This document shows, piece by piece, positions 17,368 to 25,850 of a stretch of DNA of 64,000 nt; positions within the stretch are counted from its first letter, which is position 1; each line of letters begins with the position of its first letter. Made by a program: the position numbers and the translations under genes. Below the pieces are notes generated by a model. The model was given only the letters and a program-made list of their open reading frames with translations, was not told the DNA's origin and did not search any database. Origin of the DNA: an uncultured Acidobacteriota bacterium (GTDB taxonomy: Bacteria; Acidobacteriota; Vicinamibacteria; Vicinamibacterales; UBA2999); assembly GCA_963841905.1 (NCBI GenBank), contig CAWJEM010000024.1:384017-448016 (forward strand), in the 5' to 3' direction.

Positions 17368-19818
17368 ATGCTCAGCGATCTCCGCCTCGGCCTCCGCCAC
17401 TTCCTTCGTCGTCCTGGCATCGCCCTGGCGGCCGTTCTGTCGCTGGCGCTCGGGATTGGGGCGAACAGCGCCATCTTCAGCGTGCTGCACAGCGTCGTCC
17501 TCAACCCGCTGCCTTATCGAAGTCCAGAACGGCTGGTCATCCTGTGGGAGACCTCGTCGGATAACCCTGAGCGATGGGTGGCGCCCGCGAACTTCGTGGA
17601 CTGGCGGCGAGAGTCGCGGTCATTCGAATCGCTCGCGGCATTCGACGAGTTCTCGCCGACGCTCGCCGGTCGCGCGGAGCCCGAGCGGCTCCGAGCCGTC
17701 GGAGCGTCGGGGACGTTCTTCACGACGCTTGGGGTGACGGCATCGCTCGGCCGCACGCTGCTTCCATCGGACGATGAACCCGATGCGAGTGGCGCGGCGG
17801 TCCTGAGCCACGGACTCTGGACTCGCCTGTTCGGCGCCGCACCGGATGCGATTGGGCAGACGCTGCGACTCGACGGCCGCAGCTACACGATCGTCGGCGT
17901 CATGGGCACACGTTTCGAGTCCCCCCTGGCCGCGGGCGTCGATGTGTGGCTGAGCGGCGATCGGGGAATCCCGCGCACGTTTCCCTTCGGCGGAGACCTC
18001 ACCAATGTGCGCGATTCGCACATCATCTACGTCGTTGGCCGCCTGGCGCCGGCCGCCAGCCGCGAGGTTGCGCAGCAAGAGCTGAGCGCGATGATGGAGG
18101 CGCTGGCACGGCGCTACCCCGACACCAACGCCGGTCTTGGCGTCAACGTCCAGCCGTTGCACCAGGCCGTCGTCGGCGACCTCAGCGGAGTCCTGGGACT
18201 CATGCAGTTGGCGGTGGCGATGATGCTGCTCATCGCCTGTGCCAACGTCGCGCACCTGCTGCTCGGTCAAGCCGCGGGCCGGCAAGGCGAGATGATGGCG
18301 CGAGTCGCACTGGGCGCAGCGCGCGGGCGCCTCGTGCGTCAACTGCTGGCCGAAACAATGGTCATTGCCATTCCTGGCGGCGTGCTGGGGCTCTTGCTCG
18401 CCGCCTGGGGACTCGATGCGCTCGTCGCACTTGCCCCTCGCGGCCTTCCGCGCCTGGAAGAGATCGGCCTCCACCCAATCGTGCTGCTCTTCACCACCGG
18501 TGTGACTTTCCTGACCGCGGCCGTGTTCGGGCTGGGGCCGGCCTTTCAGTTGGCCCGGCAAAGCGCGCTCACGCCGAGCCACGCGTCATTCCGACTGACC
18601 GGCGGCCGGCATGTCAGGCGTTGGCATCACGCGATTGTCGTCACCGAGCTTGCGATGGCTCAGGTTCTACTCATCGGCGCCGGGCTACTGCTCGCGAGCT
18701 TTGTCGCCAGTCAGCGCGTGCCTCTCGGGTTCGAGACCGACGGGCGCGTCGCCGCAGATCTCAACCTCGCCCCCGACAAGTACCTGCGTCCCGTGTCGGC
18801 GGAAGCGTTCACCATCGATCCCGCTCTCAAGATCGGCTTCGTCCAGAGGGTCCTCGAGCAGTTGGAGTCGGCAAAGGGCATGCGAGCCGCGGCGGCCTCT
18901 TTTACATCCCCGCTCAGCGGGGCACCCAATCGTGGGATCCGCATCGAGGGGCGCCCGTCAGCAGCCGGACGCAACGAGGATGCGGCTGACTTTCAAGTCA
19001 TCACGCCGGATTTCTTCCGGTCCGTCGGTGCAACCCTGATTCGGGGCCGCACGATTGCCGACACCGACCGTGCGAACACGCCAGCAGTGGTGGTCGTCAA
19101 TCGGGCGTTTGCCGATCGTTTCTTCCCTGGCGTCGATCCCATCGGCCAGCGAATCCTGTTTGGCGAGCGTGCGGCTCACGAGGTGGTCGGCGTCGTCGAC
19201 AACATGCGCTACAGGTTCGTCGAATCACCGGCCGACCCGACCTTCTACATTCCGATCACACAGAACGCCGAACGTTGGCCGTTCCTCTCGTTTACGGTGT
19301 GGAGCGACGAAGAGGCGACGGTGACGGCAGACCGCTTGCGCAGTGCGATCCGCACGGCCGACCCTGGACAGGCGATTACGAGAATGCGGAGCTTCGACGA
19401 GATTCTGAGCACAGCGCTCGCCACGCGGCGCTTCAACACGCTGCTCGTGCTCGTGTTTGCTGGAGCGGCGCTGGTCCTGGCTGCCGTGGGCACCTACGGC
19501 GTGATGGCTTACGCCGTTTCGACGCGGACCCGTGAGCTCGGCGTGCGTGCCGCACTCGGTGCGAGCCCTCGGAGCCTGCTCCATCTGGTGGTTGGGCAAG
19601 GCGCAATGCTCACGGCAGTCGCGGTCGCGCTCGGCATCGGCGCCGGGCTCTTTCTCACGCAGCTGATGGCTGCGATGCTCTATGAGGTCACGCCCCGCGA
19701 TCCGCGGACGTTCGTCGGTGTCGCCGTGCTCCTCAGCCTCGTGGCGCTCGTGGCGACGTGGGTGCCGGCGCGGCGTGCCGTCAAGGTGAGTCCGATTCGG
19801 GCGTTGCGCGAGGAATAG
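17368..19818 (+). CDS. ADOP-type ABC transporter permease (MacB-like periplasmic core plus duplicated FtsX modules)
   Basis: N-terminus MLSDLRLGLRHFLRRPGIALAAVLSLALGIGANSAIFS and tail ...VKVSPIRALREE*. There are two 4-TM FtsX blocks and no adjacent ATPase gene. Confidence 0.85.
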   Translation: MLSDLRLGLRHFLRRPGIALAAVLSLALGIGANSAIFSVLHSVVLNPLPYRSPERLVILWETSSDNPERWVAPANFVDWRRESRSFESLAAFDEFSPTLAGRAEPERLRAVGASGTFFTTLGVTASLGRTLLPSDDEPDASGAAVLSHGLWTRLFGAAPDAIGQTLRLDGRSYTIVGVMGTRFESPLAAGVDVWLSGDRGIPRTFPFGGDLTNVRDSHIIYVVGRLAPAASREVAQQELSAMMEALARRYPDTNAGLGVNVQPLHQAVVGDLSGVLGLMQLAVAMMLLIACANVAHLLLGQAAGRQGEMMARVALGAARGRLVRQLLAETMVIAIPGGVLGLLLAAWGLDALVALAPRGLPRLEEIGLHPIVLLFTTGVTFLTAAVFGLGPAFQLARQSALTPSHASFRLTGGRHVRRWHHAIVVTELAMAQVLLIGAGLLLASFVASQRVPLGFETDGRVAADLNLAPDKYLRPVSAEAFTIDPALKIGFVQRVLEQLESAKGMRAAAASFTSPLSGAPNRGIRIEGRPSAAGRNEDAADFQVITPDFFRSVGATLIRGRTIADTDRANTPAVVVVNRAFADRFFPGVDPIGQRILFGERAAHEVVGVVDNMRYRFVESPADPTFYIPITQNAERWPFLSFTVWSDEEATVTADRLRSAIRTADPGQAITRMRSFDEILSTALATRRFNTLLVLVFAGAALVLAAVGTYGVMAYAVSTRTRELGVRAALGASPRSLLHLVVGQGAMLTAVAVALGIGAGLFLTQLMAAMLYEVTPRDPRTFVGVAVLLSLVALVATWVPARRAVKVSPIRALREE

Positions 19819-19825
19819 TACGCCG

Positions 19826-19852
19826 ATCTTCCGGCTGAAGCCGGAAGCCACG
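19826..19852. repeat. REP-like palindromic element, copy 2 (inverted relative to copy 1)
   Basis: GATCTTCCGGC-TGAA-GCCGGAAGCCAC, immediately after the permease stop. Confidence 0.7.
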
Positions 19853-19875
19853 CTAGTCAGGTAACATCTCCTCGC

Positions 19876-20850
19876 GTGAAGGCGATCCTCGTTCATCAGT
19901 TTGGCGGGCCTGAAGTACTGAAGCTCTCGGATGTTCCGGAACCACACCCCGAAGCGAATCAGGTCCTGGTGCAGGTTCATGCGGCCGGGGTGAATCCGTA
20001 TGACACCTACATGCGGACCGGCAACTACGCCATTCAACCGCCGCTGCCCTATTCGCCCGGCGCGGATGCTGCGGGCATCGTGGAACGCGTTGGATCTGGC
20101 GCGCACGGTGTGTCGAGCGGCGCGCGAGTCTACGTCACCGGCACGGTGGCCCACAAGAGTTACGGGGCCTATGCCGCGAAAGTGCTCTGCGAGCCACACC
20201 AGCTTCATCCGCTGCCGGATCGTCTGAGCTTCGCGCAAGGCGCCGGCGTCGGCGTGCCTTATGTGACTGCATTTCGCGCCCTGCACGATCGCGCGCGCAT
20301 TGGAGCCGGGGAAACACTCTTCATTCACGGCGCCAGCGGAGGCGTTGGCATCGCTGCCATTCAAATCGCGCGAGCATCAGGCCTGACCGTCATTGGCACT
20401 GCGAGCACGCAGGCAGGCCTCGACCTGGTGCAAAGGCAAGGCGCCCACCACGTCCTCAATCACCGCGAGGCGGGGTATCTCGACAAGCTGAAGGAGCTGA
20501 CCAACGGCCGAGGCCCCGACGTGATTCTCGAGAACCTGGCCAACGTCAACCTGGACAACGATCTCAGCGCCATGGCCTACGGCGGCCGGGTCGTCATCGT
20601 CGGGAACCGCGGGCGGATCGAGATCGATCCGCGCAAAGTGATGTCGAAGGATGGCGCCATTGTCGGCATGGCGCTGTGGAACACAACGCCTGAGGATTTT
20701 GCTCGAATCTATCGCGCGATCGACGCTGGACTCGAGAGCGGCGCACTGGCACCGGTGGTCGGCACCGAACTCCCGTTCGGCGAGGCCAAACGCGCCCACG
20801 AACTGGTGCTCGAACCGGGGGCGAAAGGGAAAATCGTCCTCGTCCCGTAA
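19876..20850 (+). CDS. NADPH:quinone reductase / zeta-crystallin-like MDR oxidoreductase
   Basis: 324 aa from a GTG start. MKAILVHQFGGPEVLKL...VNPYDTYMRTG...GASGGVGIAAIQIA. Confidence 0.85.
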   Translation: MKAILVHQFGGPEVLKLSDVPEPHPEANQVLVQVHAAGVNPYDTYMRTGNYAIQPPLPYSPGADAAGIVERVGSGAHGVSSGARVYVTGTVAHKSYGAYAAKVLCEPHQLHPLPDRLSFAQGAGVGVPYVTAFRALHDRARIGAGETLFIHGASGGVGIAAIQIARASGLTVIGTASTQAGLDLVQRQGAHHVLNHREAGYLDKLKELTNGRGPDVILENLANVNLDNDLSAMAYGGRVVIVGNRGRIEIDPRKVMSKDGAIVGMALWNTTPEDFARIYRAIDAGLESGALAPVVGTELPFGEAKRAHELVLEPGAKGKIVLVP

Positions 20851-20851
20851 G

Positions 20852-21922
20852 TTACTTCACCCGGGCCAGTTCCTCGTCGATCACGGACTGGAACTGCTCG
20901 AAGGGCTGTGCCCCAACTACCGGGCGCCCATTGACGTACATCGTCGGTGTCGAGTTGACACCGATCTGTTCCCCGAGCTTGAAGTCGGTCGAGATCGAGG
21001 CGGCGTACTTGTCGCTATCGAGGCAGGTGTCAAAGCGTCCCGTATCGATCTTGAGCGCCGCCGCGTGCTGCTTCAGGTTGGCAACCTCCATCCGCGCCTG
21101 ATTCGCGAAGATCAAGTCGTGCATCTGCCAGTACCTGTCCTGCTCTCCCGCGCAGTGTGCCGCCTGGTGGGCCTTGGGCGCCTGTTTGTGGTTCTGGAGC
21201 GGGAAGTCCTTGAATACGATGCGGACTTTGTCGCCGTAGGTGGCGCGAATCTTCGTGAGAGTCGGACCGACTCTCGCGCAGTACGGTCACTGATAATCCG
21301 AAAACTCGACGATCGTCACCGGGGCGGTTGCGGGACCGACCGATGGATCATCGTCCGAGATTTCGACGGCAATGCGGGGCGGCTCGAGCAAGATTCGCGT
21401 CGCGTTGGCTTTCTTCTTCAGATCATCCACGAGAATTGCGCGAGCCTGCTGCTGGCTATTGCCGGTCAGAAACGACCGAATCTGGTCACTGAGCTGCTCC
21501 AACGAACGCCCTTGAGCACGGTCTTTGTTGTCCTCGTAGAACTGACGCACGTCCGCTTCGGTGACGGGCTTTAGACGTTTCGCCGTCTCGTCTTCGGTGA
21601 ACTTCTGGACAGGGACGCCGGCGGTCTTCGCCGCCTGCTCGATCAGCAGGTCTCCCATCATCTGGTCGAGAACGTTGCGTCGATTCTGATAGAGGAGCTG
21701 CGTAATCCGGGAGCGCTCGGCCGGATCCATCGACTGCCAGCGGTCGTCGAGCTCCTTCATCGTGATCTTGCGGCCGCCGATTTCGGCGACGACGGCATCC
21801 GCCGTTTGTGGCGTCGAGGGCTGGGACTGGGTGGCAGCCTGCTGAGCCGGAGCGGTTTGGGCGTTGGAACAGGCAACCGTGATTGCGATCACGATGCCAC
21901 CCAGGGCAATCCTCATCCCCAC
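20852..21922 (-). CDS. DsbA-family thiol:disulfide oxidoreductase with an in-frame TGA at the CxxC position (candidate Sec)
   Basis: ORF 21287..21922 and the downstream frame ending at 20852 form one continuous frame (1071 nt). It reads ...[43 protein letters not shown]...GVNSTPTMYVNG.... The N-terminus has a lipoprotein-like signal. Confidence 0.8.
21257..21275 (-). promoter_or_regulatory. Candidate bacterial SECIS hairpin
   Basis: The mRNA reads UGA CCG UAC UGC GCG AGA GUC GGU CCG ACU CUC. GAGAGUC pairs with GACUCUC, leaving an apical loop GGUCC. This places G23 and U24, counted from the U of UGA, in the loop. Confidence 0.6.
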
Positions 21923-21944
21923 AGATTACACGTCTTCCGCCTGA

Positions 21945-22160
21945 TTAACGATCGCTGGGCTCATCGGGGCCTGAATCGTTGGAAAACATCAGCTTTTCGT
22001 AGCCGATGCAGCGCAGCACCGGTAGTGGCGGATACTTACGAAAGCGCTCGTCGGTAAAGGACCGCGTGCAGAGATGAAATGTCGAGCGGGCCGCCTGCAC
22101 GATCCGACAATGTTTGCAACTCGCGCAGAGTCCAACCGTCGGATCGTCAGAAGCGGGCAT
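21945..22160 (-). CDS. Small conserved Cys-rich hypothetical protein
   Basis: MPASDDPTVGLCASCKHCRIVQAARSTFHLCTRSFTDERFRKYPPLPVLRCIGYE.... It has five Cys and ends 22 nt upstream of the DsbA-like gene on the same strand. Confidence 0.55.
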   Translation of the reverse strand: MPASDDPTVGLCASCKHCRIVQAARSTFHLCTRSFTDERFRKYPPLPVLRCIGYEKLMFSNDSGPDEPSDR

Positions 22161-22285
22161 CGGTGATGAGTTTCCCTCGGTACTGCGCCCAACCGTCACT
22201 TGAAATTGCTGGCGATTGGGACGGGAAGCCTTGAGTAGACTGTCATTGAGGATGGACGGTTGTCGCGGAATGGGGGACTGATAGA

Positions 22286-23224
22286 ATGAACGTCATGTCC
22301 AGCCAATCGATGTTGGGCCTTCTCGGGGGCCTCACCCTGCTGGCGATCGCGAACGTTTCGGCACAGGCTCCGCAGGAACCCCAGACACCGGTCTTCCGCG
22401 GCAACGCCCGGACCGAGGTCCCCGTCTACGCGACGGTCCTGGACAGTTCGGGACGTTTGGTGCCGGATCTCGATCGTGCCGACTTCACGGTGCTGGACGA
22501 CGGCAAGCCGGTTGAGCTGACGCAGTTTTCGAACGCCACGCAGCCGTTCACTGCGGTCGTGATGATGGACACGAGCGCGAGCATGACCGCGAACCTGGAG
22601 CTGCTCAATCACGCCGCCGAGCAGTTTCTTCTTCGGTTGTTGCCCGTCGATCGCGCGCAGGTCGGGGCGTTCAACGACAAGATTCAGCTCAGTGGGAGGT
22701 TCACCAACAATCGCGACGAGCTCGTGGCCGCGCTCGACGATTTGCAAATCGGCAACCCGACGCGACTGAACGACGCGATCGCAACCAGCCTTGACGCGCT
22801 CGGGGGTATCGAGGGACGACGCGTCGTGCTGGTGTTCACGGATGGCGAAGACACCGCGAGCAAGCTCGGGTTCCGTACGGTCCTTGAGCAGGCACGAAAC
22901 GAAGAAGTGATGGTGTACTCGATTGGCCTGGAGTCCGAGTACTTCAACGGTCAGCGCATCACGCGCTCGCGCCCGTCACGGGACCTGCGAAAGATTTCCG
23001 ACGAAACCGGCGGCGGGTACTTCGAGTTGAAGAAGAACGACCAGCTCGCACCGACGTTCACTCGCGTGGCGCAGGAACTCCGGAGCCAGTACCTCCTCGG
23101 CTTCGCCCCTGCAAACCTGGACGGGAAGGTCCACAAACTCGACGTCCGCGCGCGCACCGGCATGACCGTACGCGCGAGAAAAAGCTACATCGCTACACCC
23201 GACCGCAAGCTGACGAGCAACTGA
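22286..23224 (+). CDS. VWA domain protein (VWFA-related acidobacterial domain type)
   Basis: 312 aa with a signal peptide, then ...PVFRGNARTEVPVYATVLDSSGRLVPDLDRADFTVLDDGKPVELTQFS...VVMMDTSASM (MIDAS). Confidence 0.8.
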   Translation: MNVMSSQSMLGLLGGLTLLAIANVSAQAPQEPQTPVFRGNARTEVPVYATVLDSSGRLVPDLDRADFTVLDDGKPVELTQFSNATQPFTAVVMMDTSASMTANLELLNHAAEQFLLRLLPVDRAQVGAFNDKIQLSGRFTNNRDELVAALDDLQIGNPTRLNDAIATSLDALGGIEGRRVVLVFTDGEDTASKLGFRTVLEQARNEEVMVYSIGLESEYFNGQRITRSRPSRDLRKISDETGGGYFELKKNDQLAPTFTRVAQELRSQYLLGFAPANLDGKVHKLDVRARTGMTVRARKSYIATPDRKLTSN

Positions 23225-23276
23225 AGGTTGAGCGCAATCAACAGCCAGCGGAGGCCTGGCTATTGATCGCGATCTT

Positions 23277-23363
23277 TGGTCACTGACCACTGACCGCTGG
23301 TCACCAGACGTCAGGCTTTTGCTACCTGCAGACTGGCCGCTGACCACCGGCCACCGGTCACTG
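23277..23363. repeat. Short-unit repeat cluster (GGTCAC/TGACC units)
   Basis: TGGTCACTGACCACTGACCGCTGGTCACC ... TGGCCGCTGACCACCGGCCACCGGTCACTG. The units are self-complementary. Confidence 0.7.
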
Positions 23364-23365
23364 TT

Positions 23366-23461
23366 TTAGATGAAGGCGAGAGACAGGATCGTCAGAGCCA
23401 GCAAAACGCCCACAGCCAGTTCGGCAGTACTCGAGAAATTCCATTCGTAGATTCGAAACAT
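23366..23461 (-). CDS. Candidate 31-aa single-pass membrane peptide
   Basis: ATG 23459-23461 is preceded by AGGAG 9 nt upstream. Sequence: MFRIYEWNFSSTAELAVGVLLALTILSLAFI*. It is below the ORF-track size cut-off. Confidence 0.3.
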   Translation of the reverse strand: MFRIYEWNFSSTAELAVGVLLALTILSLAFI

Positions 23462-23570
23462 TATCTTGTGCTCCTGACCTTCCCACTAAGGGTTGGACGG
23501 CGGCACTGATGGAATGGTTCCGTGCGAATTTGCTGAGAGATCTCGCGAAGCCGAGCCCCGCGGAGGTGCG

Positions 23571-24383
23571 TCAGGGCGTCGACTGCTTCAGTCTCGACCA
23601 GTCGGTCTTGGCAAGCACCTCGGCGAGCAGCTCCTCGTTGCCGCGCAAGACCACGGCGAACGTCTTGGGGGCGTTGGCGACGGAGACCGCATAGAGATCC
23701 TGGTCGCCTCGCCGATCGACGGTGGGCTTGGGGGAGTCGCCAAAGACCAGGCGGGCTTCGGCTGCCCGGAATCGATCACGAGCGGCGGTGCCAGTCCCTT
23801 CTTTGTAGGTGTTTGACGGCGTCGTGATGGTCCACACGGCCCCATTCGCGCTGGCCGCAATCTGCGGCGCGCGGGAGGATCCGATCTCGAAGGACGCTGT
23901 GGGCTCGAGGGTGATGGTGAGCTCGAGTTCGGCATCGATCCGTTCGCCAGCGACACCCTCGTCTTCGAGCGTGACCCCGTCAACGCTCGAGCCTTTCCCG
24001 GTCTGCTTCAGCTCTTTGAGCGCGCGATCGTAGGCGGCCTGGGCTTTGCGCTCGGCGGCGACGACGGCTTCCTGAATCCGCGCCATGGCTTCTGCGCCGG
24101 AGGCTTGCGTGTCTCGATGCAATGGGTTGGCGCGAACCACGACCGTTCGGTCATCCGGCTCGGGCCAGAGCACAAACCACTTGGCGCTTTCTCCCCCTCG
24201 AACGGGCACGTCGCCGTTGACGTCGGCTGCGGGGAATGGCAGCACCGGCCGTAGAACTTCAATCAGCGTTGCCATCCGGTTCGAGGGCTGGGTTGTCGCC
24301 GCACTCGAGCCACTAGCACACGCGAGGGCGACCGCCACCGCGACAGAGCGCGCGAGCCGCTCGAGCGAACGACGCCTAGACAT
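23571..24383 (-). CDS. Hypothetical secreted/lipoprotein
   Basis: 270 aa with the signal MSRRRSLERLARSVAVAVALACASGSS. I recognise no family. Confidence 0.6.
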   Translation of the reverse strand: MSRRRSLERLARSVAVAVALACASGSSAATTQPSNRMATLIEVLRPVLPFPAADVNGDVPVRGGESAKWFVLWPEPDDRTVVVRANPLHRDTQASGAEAMARIQEAVVAAERKAQAAYDRALKELKQTGKGSSVDGVTLEDEGVAGERIDAELELTITLEPTASFEIGSSRAPQIAASANGAVWTITTPSNTYKEGTGTAARDRFRAAEARLVFGDSPKPTVDRRGDQDLYAVSVANAPKTFAVVLRGNEELLAEVLAKTDWSRLKQSTP

Positions 24384-24443
24384 CTTCTAAGGCCATTATC
24401 GTGAGGACTGAAGCAAGTTTTCGCCAAGCCTTAGAAGATGTCT
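24378..24443 (-). promoter_or_regulatory. 16-bp perfect inverted repeat that includes the start codon of 23571..24383
   Basis: AGACATCTTCTAAGGC (24378-24393) pairs with GCCTTAGAAGATGTCT (24428-24443) across a 34-nt loop. The ATG lies inside the 3' arm of the mRNA hairpin. Confidence 0.5.
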
Positions 24444-24529
24444 CGCCCCGCGGAGCGGGGCAAAACAAACATAGTCCTAGCGAAGCGGAGCCTACGCGTC
24501 TCTGCTCGGCGGTTTGAGGCGGAGCTTCG

Positions 24530-25360
24530 CTAGGCTTTTTGTGTGACATGCCAGAAATCAGCGAGCAAGTTGACACTGACTTCGCGCCGATAGTCCGCCG
24601 TCGATCGCAAGTCGTCGATCGGCGCGATCTCGCCGCGCATCACCGCTTGCGCTTGTTTGAGGGAGCTCCCGGCCGTCAATACCCGCTCGGTGCGGCGAAG
24701 CCGAAGGACCGTGGGCGCGACGCTTCCCAACGCCACCCGCACCTCAGGGCCGCGCACGGCGGCGCACATGACCTTTGAAATCGCCTGCGCCCGTCGAGTG
24801 CCGACCTTCCGCCAGTACTGGCGGCCCTCGATCCGAGGGACTTCAATCGCCACGATGATCTCGTCCGGACGCCGCACGCTCGTTCGATAGCCCGTGTAGA
24901 ACGTGTTGAAAGGCACGCGGCGCACTCCCTCAGCGCTGCTCAGCATAATCGTCGCATCAGCGACCGCGAGCACCGGCAGTGCATCACCGGCCGGCGACGC
25001 GTTGGCGATGTTACCACCGAGAGTGCCCCGATTCTGAATCTGTCGGCCGCCGATCTCTCGGGACGCCGCGACGAGCATCGGGACACGACGCCGCACGAGC
25101 GGGGATTGAATCAGATCCGTATAAGTCGTCAACGCGCCGATGCGCAGCGTGCCTCGATCGTCGGCAATGCCTCGAAGCTCCTGCAGCGGCCAGAGATCGA
25201 CGAAGCGCTTCTCGGCCAGCGTTCCGAACTGGAGACTGACGTAGACGTCGGTGCACCCCGCCAATGGACTGAGCGGCCCCTCGTCTCGCAGCATTGTCAG
25301 GGCCTCGCGCAGCGTGCGCGGGCGAAGGAGCGACAGGGGTGAGACCGCTGTGCGCATCAT
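24530..25360 (-). CDS. Xanthine dehydrogenase family FAD-binding subunit (CoxM/XdhB-like)
   Basis: 276 aa with ...LLRPRTLREALTML...AGCTDVYV...GGRQIQNRGTLGGNIANASPAGD.... Confidence 0.85.
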   Translation of the reverse strand: MMRTAVSPLSLLRPRTLREALTMLRDEGPLSPLAGCTDVYVSLQFGTLAEKRFVDLWPLQELRGIADDRGTLRIGALTTYTDLIQSPLVRRRVPMLVAASREIGGRQIQNRGTLGGNIANASPAGDALPVLAVADATIMLSSAEGVRRVPFNTFYTGYRTSVRRPDEIIVAIEVPRIEGRQYWRKVGTRRAQAISKVMCAAVRGPEVRVALGSVAPTVLRLRRTERVLTAGSSLKQAQAVMRGEIAPIDDLRSTADYRREVSVNLLADFWHVTQKA

Positions 25361-25850
25361 TTACGTGACCTGACCAGACCCACCAGACCTACCCGCCCGC
25401 GCCCGACCCGCGCGAGCTCCTCTCCGCACAGACCGATAGATCGCTTCATATCCCGTGCAGCGACACAAATTGCCGGCCAGGGCCTCCTGAATCGCCTTCG
25501 TGCTGGCACCCCGTCGAACCGAGAGTGACGCCATGATCATCCCCGGCGTGCAGATGCCGCACTGCGCTCCGCCCTCGACGGCAAACGCCTCTTGAAGCGG
25601 ATGCAGCTTTCCCTTCGGCGCGACACCCTCGATGGTGGACACGATGGCGCCATCCAGATGCGCTGCAGGGATCAGAGCACGAATTGATCGGAAGCCCGTC
25701 GATCAACACCGTACACGCACCGCACTCCCCCTCACCGCAACCTTCCTTGGTGCCGGTGAGACCGCAGTCCTCTCGCAGGACATCGAGCGCTCGCTTCATC
25801 GGGTGCACGTCGAGCTGCCGCACGACGCCGTTGACCTTGCAAGTAATCAC
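25361..25850 (-). pseudogene. (2Fe-2S)-binding small subunit with the frame broken once
   Basis: Pieces are 25446..25850 (CGEGECGACTVLIDGLPINSC) and 25361..25642 (GAQCGICTPGMIMAS, CRCTGY). They join as ...INSC|LIPAAHLDGAIVSTIEGV if the extra T at 25676 is removed. Confidence 0.85.

Noticed and set aside
20848-20854. Convergent stop codons only 1 nt apart (TAAgTTA) between the quinone reductase and the DsbA-like gene, considered as an unusual overlap signal.
   Set aside because: Tight convergent packing is common and there is no additional structure there. Noted only because most other convergent pairs in this window carry a repeat hairpin.
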